Assembly: GCF_009914755.1 (NCBI RefSeq)
Contig: NC_060947.1
Strand: one strand, 5' to 3'
From: the human T2T-CHM13v2.0 reference genome, Homo sapiens
DNA: 64,000 nt
Shown: positions 27,811-45,602 of the stretch, piece by piece
Layout of the letters: each line of letters opens with the position of its first letter
Numbering within the stretch: position 1 is the first letter of the stretch
Program-made: the position numbers and the translations under genes
The notes under the pieces: generated by a model
The model's input: only the letters and a program-made list of their open reading frames with translations
Databases searched by the model: none
Told to the model about the DNA's origin: nothing

Positions 27811-29846
27811 CTCAAAAAACATCTACAAATTCTAGCTGCTAATTAACCAGTAAAGTAAATTATTTGGTAGATCTCACTCCAGAGTCATTCTGTTTAATTG
27901 GTATTTGATTCCACTCATCTTGTTCCTGCTGTTAAGGTCTTCCAGTGTCATCATATCTCTGAACAAATTTAACCATTAGCTTCGCAGTCATACATAATTT
28001 TTTATGCATACAAAGTTCCTATCTCTATGGGATGTATTCTCTGCTTCTATATTTTTTATGGTTGTAGTCAGAGTTAGTTGTTTCATGCAGTATCTAAATT
28101 TATATGAGTGTGTGAGGAAAAGAGTTATGAAAGCAAATGAGAGGGGGAAAAACTCCTCACAGATAAGGAAACAGAAACAGCAGATGAATGCTGCCGAGAA
28201 TTTCTCTCTGGAAGGTGATAAATGTATTCAATATACTTGTATATATCAGGCACTAGATTAGTCACAAATAAGGTGATAGGTACTCCAGGTTTAGCTTGAG
28301 AGGCCACTAGACCGTTTTGTGAGATTTCTAAAATCTCATCTGTTTGGATCTTGGAGTTTGAGAAGATGCAATCACCTTAAAAGCTATATTAGAACTGATT
28401 TGGTTAAGCTACTTACTGAGATTGCTTAAGGTCTGTGAGTTGTTTTTTAAAAACTATGTTGGTAAGGCCAACGATGAGAATTCAAATTTACTGAGGCTTT
28501 ATTCTAAACATCACTCCAGACTCAATCCTGGGAAACTGCTTTGCAAGTAGGGAGTGGAAAAGAGACTAATAAAGCATGAAGGGCAAAAAACAGAAGAGTG
28601 CAGCCAATTTAGGGTTTGCATTATAACCTAATTAGGATGGCTCAAGAGAGTCTTATATTTTCTGCATATGAAGGGGCAGTGAAAATAGAACACAGATGTG
28701 ATCTTCAAAAAATCCAGTGTAGTAGCTTGAGCCTAGGAGAGGAAAGTGACAAGAGAAACCTCTTCAGTTGTTTCAAGTAAGTTGTGGTCCATAGAGAAGG
28801 CTGCAAGGTTTATAGAAGGAGACTCAGAAAGAATCACAGCATTTTAGATCTAGAACATTGTCATTTTTCAAGTGAGTGAACTAAGAGGGGTTAAAGGGCT
28901 TACCAGGAACAATGTCCTTGATAATACTGCAGCTAGTACCATTCGTGGGATTTCTCCAATTTCAGGTGATGACTTTCCTATACAATGTTAGAATTGTTTT
29001 CTTTTGTGATTTTCTCTCAAGCTTTATGTCAGCACAGTTCTGATTATCTCCGTCGTGGTGTCTTCAGGCTACCTTTTAAAATCCAAGGCAACTAAAGTTC
29101 CTTTACTTCGCAAGTATTTACTGAAGGACTGACTTCTTTATGCCAGGTCCTGTGCTAGCCGCAGGTGATACAATGGTGAATAAGACATTGTAATGCAAGC
29201 ATACTTCGGTTATGAACAATCATCACAGATGGACAATCTTTCACTCAAAGTTTATTCAATGTATGTAAATTCAATGAAAATCAAATTTTGGGATTACAAA
29301 GTGATCCAATCATCTGCAATGTACCACTTCTCTGATTCAAATCATCCAAAGAAAAAAAGCATATTAGATAGCTTAGGGATGGTGAAGGTTCATTGTTTCC
29401 CTTTCACATTTCTTACTGAGGTTGCCTAACGGGCCAAAAGCAATGTTCAGTTTGCAATTTTATAAATTTATGTCCTTGAAGTTTGGATGCAAAATGAATT
29501 CATTTCTGGTAGGACTTCCCAGGAGATTTGGTTGGTTCAAGATTATGTTCCAAATAGATGTGTTTAAGAATCTCAAAAAATAATGAAACTGTCCTATTCA
29601 TGGCCATGCCACCTGACTCCCCCGATTCATCCCTGCCTGAGCCAAAAGTAAAGCAAAACAATACAAACACATTTCCAACCCTAAGTAGCATCCTGGTGCC
29701 CACTGTTGAATCTGAATACCCTATCTAAAGCAAAACCACAATTTGCGCATTCAGTCAATGAAAGCCACACCCCCAAATGTTTTTGTAAGATTGTTGAAAA
29801 TGTAAAACAGCTTGAAATTTGAAACCTTTTGAAAATGTAAGGATGA

Positions 29847-30228
<382 letters not shown>

Positions 30229-33200
30229 TCAACTGTGATAGGTTTCAAGTAGAAAGGCTTGTTTAAAATATTCTGAAAAATTTTTCAGAATTCATATCAT
30301 AATTATCACTGCAATATATTGATCTAGATTTTTCATAAGGAGCTCATGACATCAAAGAGCATTAAACACACTATTTCTGTGCACACCTGGTAAGGTGAGG
30401 TGCAAGGCTTCTAGAAAAAAGCTACTATCCAACTCAGGGTTCACAGTGCCCCAGCTTGGACCAAACTTTCTCTAGGAATAATAGTGACATTAGGGAATTC
30501 TCAGTGAGTAACACTGTAAGATTTTGGATTTTAACATTTTATCTTTTACAGCAGATCAATCATCACTTTTCATTAATAAAACAACCTTTGTATTTTTCGT
30601 CCATTGCTTTCAAATTAGGATAGTCAATGGGATCTCACTGTTCTGTCCAGTGGTGCCATTTGCTAGAAGAATAAATGATTGTTGAAGAGCTGCTAAACCA
30701 ATTGGGCAGCCTAAAGATAATAAGCCTCTGTGAACTAACCATAAGTCACAATAACTCTGCACTTTGTCGAAAGAGCCACAATCAATGGTCAGATCAAAAT
30801 GCATATTCCCATAGTACACAAGAGAAGGAAAGGTGCGGATGGGATGCCTTTGGCTTAAAAAATAGTTTACTGTTTTCTGATTACAAAAAAATTATCCACA
30901 AAATAGTAAACATATTAGTACAAAAAGAAAAGTATCCATAATCTTACTACCCAAAGGCAACATTGTTAACATGTCGTTATATTTCCTTCCACACTTTTTT
31001 AAAGCGTATTTTCCCTAATTGAGATCATCCCATAGATCTAATTTTATTGTCTGCATTTTCATAAAATTATAAAACACATTTTCTCACTCTTCACATGAGT
31101 AATTTTAATGGCCACATAATCTTTCATCTTACAGGTGTACCATAATTTATTTAGAAATCCCTTTTATTATTGAACGTATACGGTGGGATGTTTTGTTTAA
31201 TTTTGGTTTTTTCTTAATGAAGCTGTGTAAATATCTTTGGCTACAAGTAATCTTTGAGCAGAAACTCTTGATAGGGTGGGAACACTTGAATACAAAAAAA
31301 AAATTTCTAGTGTCTGTCATCAGACTATCAATTCTATCTCACTTTCTTCATTCAACTGATAATATTAATTCACTGAAGTAGTATATAAGACTCCAATGTA
31401 GAAAGCTACAACTGATTACCTGGAATAAAACTGGAATATCAGATCAAATACTTATTGCATTTTCATTTGTCTATTGGATAACTTTACAGCTTTATTTGTC
31501 TCCTACTTTGAAGATAACTTTGGCTCAAATGCAAAGAGGTGCCAACATTGGTGAATATCTAGCAATGTCTTTATTCATGGCTCTGCTTCCTGACTGACAT
31601 CCTCTGCTTTCTCATTTTCAGGTTTAAGATGTTTTTCTTTCTTTTTTCTTGTTTTCTTGTTTGGGCTACAAATTTATTTTTTCACATTGATTTTTTTGTA
31701 ATTTTTAAATTTTTTGTGGGTAGATAGTAGGCATATAATTATTTATGGAATACATGAAATGGGAAAAATGAATTCCTAGAAGGGGATTGCTGGATGAAAG
31801 GATACATGCATATGTAATTTTAATAGGTGATGCCAAATTTCCCCCCTTAGCGGTTGTTTTATTTTTCATTTTCACCACCACTATATTAGAGTTAATTTTA
31901 ATTTTGTTACTTCACTCATTAAGGAGTCACTACAGTATAAAGTCCTTCCAGATTCACAGTAATGAACAAGATATGGAGGTAGCTATGGAAAACATGGACG
32001 CCAGCTTGTGATGGTAGCCAAGATTCTGGAGGCCTAAATAGAGAGTTAAGCACCACTTCTTAAAATAATTTCATGGACTGGAAGAGTTAACACTGTTAAA
32101 ATGGCAATACTCCTCAAATTGACCTATAGATTAAACGTCCATCAAAATTCAAACTGCCTATTTGGGGGAGAAATTGACAAGCTAATCCTGAAATTCATAT
32201 GAGAATGCAAGAGACCCAATAGAGCCAAAAACAATCTTGAAAGAGAACAACAAGATTGGAGGAGTCACACTTCCAAATTTCAAATCTTACTACAAACCTA
32301 CAGTAAAGACAGTATAATACTGGCATAAGGACAGACACAGATCAATGGAACAGAACTAAGAACATAGAAATAAACCTATACATCTACACTCAATTGATTT
32401 TTGACAAGAATCCCAAGACCACTCAATAGGGAAAGAAAAGTTGTCTTAACAAACAGTGTTGGAAAAACTGGATATCCATGGGCATTAAAAAAAAAAAAAG
32501 TTAGACCACTACTTAATACCATACAAAAAATTAACTCAAAATGTAACAAAAACATAAATGTAAGCGCTACAACTATGAAACTCTCAGAAGAAAACATAGG
32601 AGTAAATCTTTCTGACTTTTTTATTAGGCATTGTTTCTTAGATACGACACCAAAACCCAAGCAACCAAAGGAAAAGTAGACAAATTGAACTTCATCAAAA
32701 CTAAGCTTTTGTAAACTTTTGTGCTTCAAAGGACACCATGAGTGAAGTGAAACGACAACCTATAAAATGGGGGGAAATATTTGGAAATCATTTATCTGAT
32801 AAGGGTCTATTAAGCAGAATAAAGAGCCCTTACGACTCATCAACAAAAGGACAAATAACCAGCTTGAAAATGGGCAAAGGACTTGAATGGACATTTCTCC
32901 AAAGATATACAGATGGAAAATAGGTACATGCTCAACATCATTAGTCATTAGGGAAATGCAAATCAAAACTACAATGTGATACCACTTCACACCCACAAGA
33001 ATACTTGTAATTAAAGAAAGAAAACAGAAAATACACTTGGTGAAAATGTAAAGGAATGTGAATCTTCATATGTGCTAGTGGGAATGTAGAATGGTGAAGC
33101 CTCTGTGAAAAACAGTTTGGCAATACCTCCAAAAGTTAAATACAGAGTTACCGTATGACCCAGAAGTTCTACTCCTAAGTACATACCCAAAAGAATCTCA

Positions 33201-33338
33201 AACATACAGTCACGCATCGCTTAATGCTGAGATACATTCTGAGAAATGTGTCATTAGATATTGTTGTTGTGTGAACATCATAGAGTATACATACACAAAC
33301 CTAGATGATACAGCCTACTACATACCTAGGCTGCTATG

Positions 33339-33849
<511 letters not shown>

Positions 33850-34157
33850 TATTACTTCTAGGCTGCAAACCTGTAAAGCATGTTACTGTACTGAATACCA
33901 TAGGCAATTTTAATACAATGGCAATTATTTTTGTATCTAAATATATCTAAACATAGGAAAGGCACAGTAAAAATATGGTATCATAATCTTATGAGACTAC
34001 CGCCATATATGTGGTCTGTCATTGACTGAAACGTTATCTGGTACGTGATTATATATGCAAAAACTTTTATGTGAATATTTATAGCATTACTAATCATAAC
34101 AGCCAAAAGGTGGAAACAACCTACATGTGATTAACTGAGTGAATAAACAAAATGTAG

Positions 34158-34422
34158 TATGATTAATGGCTACAAAAATACAGTTAGGTAGAAAGAATAA
34201 GTTCTAATGTGCAATAACACAGGAGGGCAACCATAGTTAAGAATTTATAGTATATTTCAAAATAGCTAGAAGAGAAGATTTGGAATGTTCCCAATACAAG
34301 GAAGCAATAAATGTTTGAGGTAATGGATACCCAATTACCCTGATTTGATCATTACACATTGTATGCATGTATCAAACTATGCCGTGTACTCCATAAATAT
34401 GTACGACTATTATGTATCAATA
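34158..34422 (+). mobile_element. L1MA4-like 3' end nested in the L1MB
   Basis: tacagttaggtagaaagaataagttctaatg...ccctgatttgatcattacacattgtatgc; TSD-like AAAATGTAG at 34149-34157 and 34423-34431. Confidence 0.8.
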
Positions 34423-36374
34423 AAAATGTAGATCAATACAATGAAATACTATTTGGCCATAAAAAGGTATGAAGTACTGATAAATGCTACAGCATGAATG
34501 TGCCTTTAAAACATTATACTAAGTGGAAGAATCCAGACACAAAAGTCCAGATATTGTATAATTTAATTTCTATAAAATGTTCAGAATAGGCAAATCCGTA
34601 GAAACAGAAAATACTTTAGTGATTTCCATAGACAGGAGGAGGAGGAGAATGGGAAGTGACTACTAATGAGCATGGGGTTTCTTTTTGGGGTAATAAAAGT
34701 GCTCTGGAATTACATAGTGGTAAAAGCGGCGTAACTTTGCGAATACACTAAAAACAAATGATTGTACACCTTAAAATGCTGAATTTTATGATATTTGAAT
34801 TACATCTCAATTAAAAAGCCTTTTTTCGTGTTACTGTTTTATTCTGGATATCTAAACATTTCCATATTTGCAATACTAATCTCCCTTTTGCAAAGTGTTG
34901 ACACAATAGGTGAGTTTGAATAATGCGTAGTAGATTTAGTGAATATGGCATACCCATTTGCAAAGGACCATTACATAAAGATCTTAATGCACTCTGTGTC
35001 TTCATAACATTTGCTTCAGATCCATTATAGTGAAGTTGAACTAATGATGATTTTGTTAAAAGCCTAAATTGAATGTCATCCAGAAGCAAGGTGCTTCCCC
35101 CAAATTATTCTTAGAATGGTTGTAGACAAAATACTGTAGTACTACTACTTAGATACAATGTAAAATATTATACAAATAACTGCCCTTCTGGAGTTTGCGT
35201 TATCTTAGGTTGCATAAGATAAAAATTTTTCCTCCTATGAGTCTCACATATTCAAATTGCTTAATCATATCAGCCCCTGCTTAAACACTGTTAAGAAGCT
35301 CATATTCACTCTGATGAAATACATATACTTCAAACTAACACACAAGATCACTCTTTCTGTAATTACCCACCCTCCCTATTACCTCTCAATGCACCCTATT
35401 TCAGCTCTACTAAACCATATAATACTCCCTAATATGTTACTGAATATCCGTGTGTTTGTGTACATTTAGTTCCCTCTGCTTAAAATGCTACCTATCACCT
35501 ACACACTCTCCAGAAAATCAATTTCTTCTCTAGTATGCTTTTGGTGACTTCTCTGCCATCTTCCTACCCAGTGTGAGCTCTGTGTTCCCATCACGCCCTA
35601 CACCCATCACAGTACTCTTCGCATTGTATTGTTGTTATTTGTTCCTAGGTCTGTGTATTAATTTGGGTATTGCAACTATAATAGAGAATCCTAAACATTT
35701 CAGCAGATGAAACTTATTATTTGTTCATATAACAGTCTAATGCAGGTCTAGTTAGTGGGGTTTAGGGACATCTGTTCCAAGCAATCATTCAAGGATGCTC
35801 TGGCTAATGGATGCTCTGTCATCTCTGAAGCAAAGATCTGCTAGGATGTCAATATCCAGTTTGGCTAAGAGGGAAGAGAGTTAGAAGGAGACATATCCTT
35901 CATTTAACTACCTTGGCCCAGAAGTGATACAAGTCACTTCTGCTTACCTTGCATTGGCAAACATTTGTCACATGATCTCACCTTAATATAAGGGAGTTGG
36001 ACAATTCTCTACCACGGAAGGAGGAGTATGAATTTTGGTGGAAAGTTAGCCAATCCTGTCAGTCTATTTCTTCCATTAAACATGGAACCTTTGAAAGTAG
36101 GAGGCATTCCTCATTCATCCTAATAGTCTCATTCATCTGCCACATAAAGCATAGATATAGTAGAATTTGTAAAATGTTCATCAACGTGTTACTATTTTTT
36201 GTGTGCCTGCATTACCTTTATTTGTTTTACCACAATTCCCCAGCCTTCAAACCAGATCTTCACCTCTGTGTTCTAAGGAAAGAAGATCAATTCAGTAAAG
36301 CAAAAAAAGGTGAAAGGCGGGAAAAATTCTGAATAAGACTGTGGACTGCATCAGTTTCAATATCTTCTTGTGAT

Positions 36375-36475
36375 ACATTATAGTTTTGCCAAGATATTAA
36401 CATTGGGGGAAACTGAATGAAGGGCACATGAGACCTCTTGGTATTATTTCTTACAACTACATGTGAATCTACATG
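36375..36475 (+). mobile_element. L1MC-type 3' terminal fragment
   Basis: aagatattaacattgggggaaactgaatgaagggcacatg...tttcttacaactacatgtgaatcta. Confidence 0.6.
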
Positions 36476-36572
36476 TAGTTGTAAGTACATGACCTCATAA
36501 GTATTTATTAGATATTTGCTTCTTACAACTATATGTGACTCTACATGTAGTTGTAAGTACATGACGTCATGT
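36448..36572. repeat. Duplicated 51-bp hairpin unit (period 72 bp)
   Basis: Copies at 36448-36498 and 36520-36570 with 3 mismatches; copy 1 holds a perfect 15-bp inverted repeat. Confidence 0.92.
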
Positions 36573-36699
36573 TTTAATTTAAAATGTGGCTAAATACTAG
36601 GACCTAAAAATAAACAAACAATGGATGTTAATTTCTGACTTTTGCGCTTCCAAAAACTAAAGTCCTGGTATAAATAATGTGCTTGAAATAACACTCCAT

Positions 36700-37890
36700 A
36701 TGATGATATTTAAAATATGTTTATAAATTCTTTGATGCTTTCCTCAACTCAAGTGGAGCCTAACTGCCTTCCCTTTGAATACAGACTGATCTTACTGTCT
36801 CACTTCTAATAAATAGAATGCAATAGAATTAACTGCGGTAGGTATAATGTCTTGGAAGATCCCCACACCTAATCTCTGTGACCTGCGGATATCTTAGGTT
36901 ACATCTTAAAGAGGTCTATGCAAATGTAATTAAGGTCACATACTTTGAAATAGAGAGGTTACCCTGATTATCTGAGTAGGCCAATCCAATCACAGGAGCC
37001 CTCAAAACAGAGAACTTTCTCCAGCTAGAGTAGGACAGAAAAGGCAGAGAGAGAGAGGTCAGAGATATTCAAAGCATGAGAAGGACTTGGCCTGCCATGA
37101 CTGGGTTGGAAGATGAAGGGGACCATGAGTGAGGGTATGTGTGTGGTCTTTAGAAGCTGAGAATAACCTCTAGCTAACAGCCAGCAACGAAACAGAAACC
37201 CCAGCCCTACAACTGCAAGGACCTAAAGTTGGCCAACAACCTACATGATCTCGTAAGTAGATTTCCCCCAGAATTTCCAGCCTTCAGGCTGGCTGACACC
37301 CTGATGTAAGCTTTATGGACAAGGAGTCGAGGAACCAGCCATACCCATCTGGACTTTTGACCTATGGAACTGTGAAATAATAAGTTTGAATTGTTTAAGT
37401 CACTAAGCTTGTGGTAATTAGATATGGTCACAATAGAAAATGATTACAGTAACGCAATATGACTTCCAAGGCTAGATCATAAGAGGCAGTACAGTTTCCA
37501 CCTGGAGTGTCTCTCTCTCCTCCCTCCTTCCTCTCTCCTCTGCCCTGAGCAACCATATAAGTATGGCTAACCCAAAACCACCATACTGGAGAAACCACGT
37601 GGAAGGATCACATAGAGATAGAGATACCCCAGCTGTTTTACCCCTAAGCTGTTTGCATTTCTAGTTTAGGTACCAGACATCTCAGAGGAAGCTTTTGATA
37701 TGGCTGTAGCCTCAGCCACCATCAGACTGAGAGAACCCCAAGTAGGAATCACATAGTTTAGCCCAATCAACCATCTTAACTATAAGACATTGATGATGAT
37801 GATAATGATGGTGATGATGATGATGATGATGATAAAATGATTGTTTCATGAAACTAAAACTATGAAACTTTGTGGTGGTTCATTAAAAAA
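36700..37890 (+). mobile_element. Nested MaLR LTRs: MLT1D/E-type (about 36834-37448) inside an older MLT1-type LTR
   Basis: Inner element: atgtaattaaggtc...gaggttaccctgattatctg...tttaagtcactaagcttgtggtaatt...gaaaatgattaca. Outer MLT-like flanks on both sides; subfamilies uncertain. Confidence 0.7.
37791..37833. repeat. Imperfect (GAT)n microsatellite
   Basis: tgatgatgatgataatgatggtgatgatgatgatgatgatgat. Confidence 0.9.
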
Positions 37891-38099
37891 AAAATTGAAC
37901 ACTTCTTTAGCTTCTTGTTGTTCCTCCATAGAGAGGAGATTAAAAACTTTCTCTGTATGAATGAGGGAGGAGCTGAATCACAGAGAAGTGGATAGAAAAT
38001 CATTAGAACAAAGTGCTGATATGGGCCTTCACTCTTTACTTCTCCGGTAGGGATGAGGAAAAAATAGGAAGTACTTGTCCCCAACTTTTTACCTAGAAA

Positions 38100-38225
38100 A
38101 GGGTTCAGCAAACTTTTACTTCAAGGGCAAGATGGTAAATATTTTTAGGCTTCACAGGATAAGAAGCAAAATCAAGACTATAACGTAGCAACTTATACAC
38201 CATTTAAAATATAACCATTTATTTG
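38100..38225. mobile_element. MER58-type hAT transposon fragment
   Basis: gggttcagcaaactttt...aagggcaagatggtaaatatttttaggct. Confidence 0.55.
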
Positions 38226-39152
38226 TATTGGACAAATATATATACTAAAATTTGTATTTTTTTTTTAAAAATCATACTTCCTTGCTTTCCAATATCTCAC
38301 TAAAAGCAGTTTGCTCTTCAACAAACACCGTGTTTCTAAGTTCTGAAATGGGAGTATATTTGATTGTGTATACAAGGACTGTATGATCTGATTTTAGCCA
38401 GTCTGTATGAGGCCTGCTTCTCTTTGCAGTTGTCTTCTTTGACTTGAAAATTGCCAGATACCTTGACTCAAACTGAGCAGAAACGTGCTAAATTGAATTT
38501 GAAACAGAAAGGGTGAATTTTTCCCGTGCCTTCCCAATTATTTTGCACATGATGTCATTTCTAGCATAGGGGAAAGAAACCTAGGTTTCAAATCACGAGA
38601 TTTGAGCATAAGGCACTTTCTAGTTGCAGTACCACGAGCATGACAGTTAATATGTCTGAGCCTCGGCTTCTGTAAGCCGATGGGATTAATAACTGCCTGC
38701 TCACTTAACATGGGTGGTTGCAATTCAAATGAGATAAAGAATATAAAGGTGAACTGCAACTTCAAAGTGTATGACGCTTGCTAATTGTTACTGATGTGTC
38801 TATTACAAAGGATTTGGTCTCCCTGGCTGGCCCCCCTGCCCTCCCTCCCTCCATCCTTCCCTCCTTTCATTCCTTCCTTTCTTCCTTGCTTCCTCTGTTC
38901 CTCTCCTCCACCTCTCTACCCACCTCACTCAACATGGTAGAGATTTAGGATCTGTGGCACATGATTATGGAAGGTGTCTTATGTTAGTAGGGCCTTTTAG
39001 GGCTTATGTTAGCCTTTTATCCATACATGTATTAATTCTCCAATAATTATGAGTACCCGCTCTTAGAGAGGCACTATATTTGGTGCTGTAGATATAGTAG
39101 TGAATGAGACAGACAAGGTTCCTCTCTCATAGATCTTAAGCTCCAATGAGGA

Positions 39153-39648
39153 GTATTATTAGTTTTCTATGACTGCTACAACAAAGCACAATAAAATTAA
39201 TGGCTTAAAACAGCATAAATGTATTATCTTTTAGTTCTGGAGGTGAGAAGTCTAAAACAGATCCACAGGGCTGTGTTCATTTGGGAGGCTCTAGGGAAGA
39301 ATCTGTTCCCTTGTCCTTTACAGCTTCTAGAGGCTGCCTGAATTCCCTGACCGACGGCCTCTTCCTCTATCTTCAAAGCCAGGAATGTGGCATCTTCAAA
39401 TCTCTTTCTCTCCGTTCCTCTGCTTCCACCATCACATCACCCTCTGTCTGACTGTGATCCCCCTGCCTCCCTTACAGGAAACTTTGTGACTACACTGGGT
39501 GCACTCAGATAATCTGGGGTAATCTTCCCAGATCAAGATGCTTAACTTAATCACATGTACAAAGTCCCTTTTTTTCATATAAGGTAGTATTCACAAGTTC
39601 TGGGGATTAGGAGGCACACATTCTAGGTGGTTATTATTTAGTCCACCC
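39153..39648 (-). mobile_element. MLT1B/C-type MaLR LTR inside an L2 remnant
   Basis: ggcttaaaacagcataaatgtattatc...gttctggaggtgagaagtc...cttaacttaatcacat...gttctggggattagg; flanked by L2-like gtgaatgagacagacaaggttcct. Confidence 0.8.
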
Positions 39649-40068
39649 GAGGGAAAGAGAGAAAGTAAACAGGCATACAAACAGATAAGAATTTAGAGTG
39701 TGATTTGTGCTGTGAGGGCAATAAATAGCAGCTGCACCATCCAGTGTGGTAGCTACAAGCAACACGTGGCTATTGGGTACTTAATTGTTTTGTGAAATTT
39801 GTAGATTTCCTTGATGTTTTGAATAAGATATAAAAGTTTGTAAGCATCTTCAATATTCTAGCCATCTCTTTGCTTAATCATTTTGTTTTATTAAACAAGC
39901 AATCTTTGGTCACTTCCTATATGCTGGGGGTAACTGAGAAAACACACAGCCTCTACTTCCAAGGAAGGTTCCATCAAGGAAAACGAGAAGTTGTTAAAAA
40001 AAAAAACATACTAAAGATAAGCATGTAAAGAGTGTTGTGGAGCATATTTGGCAGATTTTATGCATGAA

Positions 40069-42283
<2,215 letters not shown>

Positions 42284-42639
42284 GGCTATTGAGTTCTTTA
42301 AATGGAGCTAGTGTGACTGAGGAACTGAGTTTTTATTTCATTTTAATTAATTTAGATTTAAATTCAGATAGCCACAAGTGGTTACCATAATGGACAGTCT
42401 AGCTTTAGGCTTTTTGAAGCCACACAAGAAAATATTTCCCCTCTTTTCAGCTTAGCTGAATTGCATGACTACCCATGAAAATAGCCAATACCCATCAGCT
42501 TTAATAAATGGAATGAGGCTAGTCAGGTGAACAACTAGATACGTTTTCCTGCACTGGCCAAAAAGAAATACTCCCTATTACTATAGCAATCATCTAGTCC
42601 CAATCAGAGAATATTCCTTCCATTTGGAGGGAAAAGTAG

Positions 42640-43035
42640 ATTGGGACACTGCTCATAATACTTCATTTCCTTCCGTATATATCCACATACTTTCCCTGTC
42701 TTCAAGATCGGCTGAGTGTATTTCCTTAGCTCCTGACTTTGTTTTGGCCAATGGAGTAGTAACAGCTATGACAGACACATGGGCTTTAAATTTGCTTACA
42801 TGTCTGTGTTTAGCCTCTTGTAGAACAGGGGTAGAACAGCCTATCCCAGGTAGCCTCTGGTCCAAGGAAAATGTGGCAACATGGGAATACACCTGAATTA
42901 AACCTGGAGACTGATACCTAGAGCATGGAGTCCATCCTAGCCTAGCTGAGGTAGAGCCAATTTGCAGACTTTAAGCCACAGAATTTTGGCTGAATTTGTT
43001 ACTCAGCATTGCAGTAGCATAGCTAACTAATACAA
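42640..43035 (+). mobile_element. Old MLT1 (I/J-type) LTR
   Basis: tgactttgttttggccaatgg...ttaagccacagaattttgg...ttgttactcagcatt...atagctaactaataca. Confidence 0.65.
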
Positions 43036-45602
43036 TGGGCACTATCAGAAGGATTTCTCCTTTCTAGGAGGACTTTACACATTTCTAGAAGAGGCTGACT
43101 TAGCTCCCGTAATTCTTCCGAGCTCTCTGTGGTTTTTCCATTTAACGTGGGGTAGTTGACACGGGATTATTTGCTTTCAAAGCAGTTTTTTTTCAGTAGT
43201 GGTAAGAACAGGGAGACCTTCAAAGTCTAAGGATTTGTGTAACAGAAATTGCACAGCTCAGTGAGCAAAGCAACTGAGTGGAACCCTTCTCTCAAAAAAG
43301 GTCTATTTCTGGCTTCAAAGACACAACTTTCTCCTTCTAGAACTCCCCATCTTGTAGGCTGTTAGCGGGAAAGCAAATAAAATATCACTATCTAGCTTTC
43401 CTTCCAAAGTAAGTGTGATGAAAAACAAAGATGGAAATGTCTTTTAAAAGCCCAGAGTACTTTAAATATGTGACTTTAATTTCAGTAGCTAGAGTTGCTA
43501 AAAGTAAACCTGGTAATGCCTCTCCGATGGACCTTCTCTTCTAAGTGACTGAGGCTTAGCCATTTCACCTGTTGTTTCTCTGCATGAAGAAAGTTGAGTC
43601 AGGTTTTTTTTCGTTGTGATTTTTGCCACCTTCTGAGCATTAATGATGCTGGAATACTAGTCTACTCTTCCCCCAGGTGCATTGATTTTCCTGCTTGAAT
43701 TGATGTAGTCCCACAAAGAGAACACCTCACTGTTATTATCCTTTCGGATGCTCTATTCGCTGGCTCAGCCACCCTGCTCAGCTTAATGAAAAATAGACTG
43801 TGTTGATGGAAGAAAAACAGTTTTTCAGATCTAAGAGACTTCCTGAGCTTGAAGCATGAGAACAGGCACCTATTCAAAAACTAAGGGAGCCAGATTTCAA
43901 AAATTTAATATAGCAATCAACAAAATTATCAGTGGGACAGTGAACTATAGACTGTAAGATTTAAAACTCTGCTTGCTTATATATATGCAGGAAAACTTGC
44001 TTCCTATATGTTTGAGTCTGCCAACAGGGGCCAAAAACATCATTATTGCCTATATTTTCTCTATTTTGTATGAGGATATTCTCTGAGGAAGGCATTAAAT
44101 TGGCTCAGACAATTACCAATAGCCACACATGGAAGTTTGGCTCCTTCCTCTGTGCTCTTGTTGCAATTATTCAACTCAGTTATATTATTGCTACTTGTAA
44201 TATATGTCTAGAACCTTCTCGCCAGGTCAGGGGTCAGCCAGGCTATCATGGTCCTTTGGGTCTAGGACTAATGAAGTAATCCTTTCTCCTGAAGCCTCAG
44301 GGCTGAAATCAAGGGAAGATGTATAGCTGAGTTGAATAAGAAGCTGAGTCTGGTAAGCCAGAGAGGTCAAATTACAGCAGATGGTTAAAGCCAAAAGGCC
44401 AGAGCAGGTAATGGTGGGGGTTCAGTGACAGGGAGAAGAGAAACCCACTTCAAGAAAGCAAGGTGTTATCCCAGGCAATTCTTGGAACAGGCATGGTTGT
44501 CAGAAGCTGGCACCTATGTGCCCAAAGGAGAGTATTATCAAAAAGAGCCAGCTACAAAGGTCAGAGATAGGGCCTATCCCCCAAGTCTCTCTCTCCCACA
44601 AGGCTGTGAGACCCCTGAGGAAGCTCTTACCTAATTCCTCCTTATGCCTCTAGTACATGTCATATAGGAACCAAATAAATTTTGGCAGCGCGAAAAAAAT
44701 AATTGTCGAGATTAAGCAGATATGCAGTATTTCTGCTAATATAACTATTCACTTAAGTCAAGTTATACAAAGAGATTATTAAGTTCTGTGAGTAAAGTTT
44801 CATTTATATAATTAGTTGCATTTTGTGTAATCGAAGAACGGAAAACACAGAATTTAAAAGGTACAATGCATCATTTTTGAAAGAAAAACACTGATCATAG
44901 GCAGAGTTTTCTGGTAGGAAACTCAGTATATGCTTTTAAAGAGGCTACTGCTATTCTCTGGAGTTACTAAAATTTGTGGTTCCTACTGCCCTGAAAAGAA
45001 GATGGATTTAAAATGTACCCTTTAGGTTCTTCTTAGAGAGAAGCACTTTGAAAGGAGAAAACACCACATAAGTGTCAAATCTTACTATTATCACCACTTC
45101 TGCGAATACCTCCAAGTCACGGGAAAACGTTCATAAAAGGAGTCTGCTTTGGAGATAGGCTGTTGAGAGAAGTTCATCTGAGATATTCCACGCACAAGCT
45201 GCCTGCATTTAATGCCATCTCCCTGAAATCCCAAATTACTACTGTCACCACTTTGTGTAGTAAAACTTTCAGGTAAATAAAAAGCAAAATGGGAAGAAAG
45301 TATTAAATGCTTTTACAGTGGACTAATGAAAACAATCCCAGAGCATTATTTACTTTCATGGTAAATCATAGTGTGAAAAAAAAAAAAACAGTATACATTC
45401 CTGTTACTGACCACTGTCACTAAACACCATGGAACACTGGCTCTTTTTATCCTCTTCCTATAATTACAGAAAGCCTAAAATAAATATTTCTCATGTGAAT
45501 GTCAGTTCTACTTTCAGCCTCCAGGTTTTCTAGAACTGCTCAAATTCTCATGCCCATATTCCTATATACATTCCTGATATGTTTATACACACATATTTAG
45601 AG

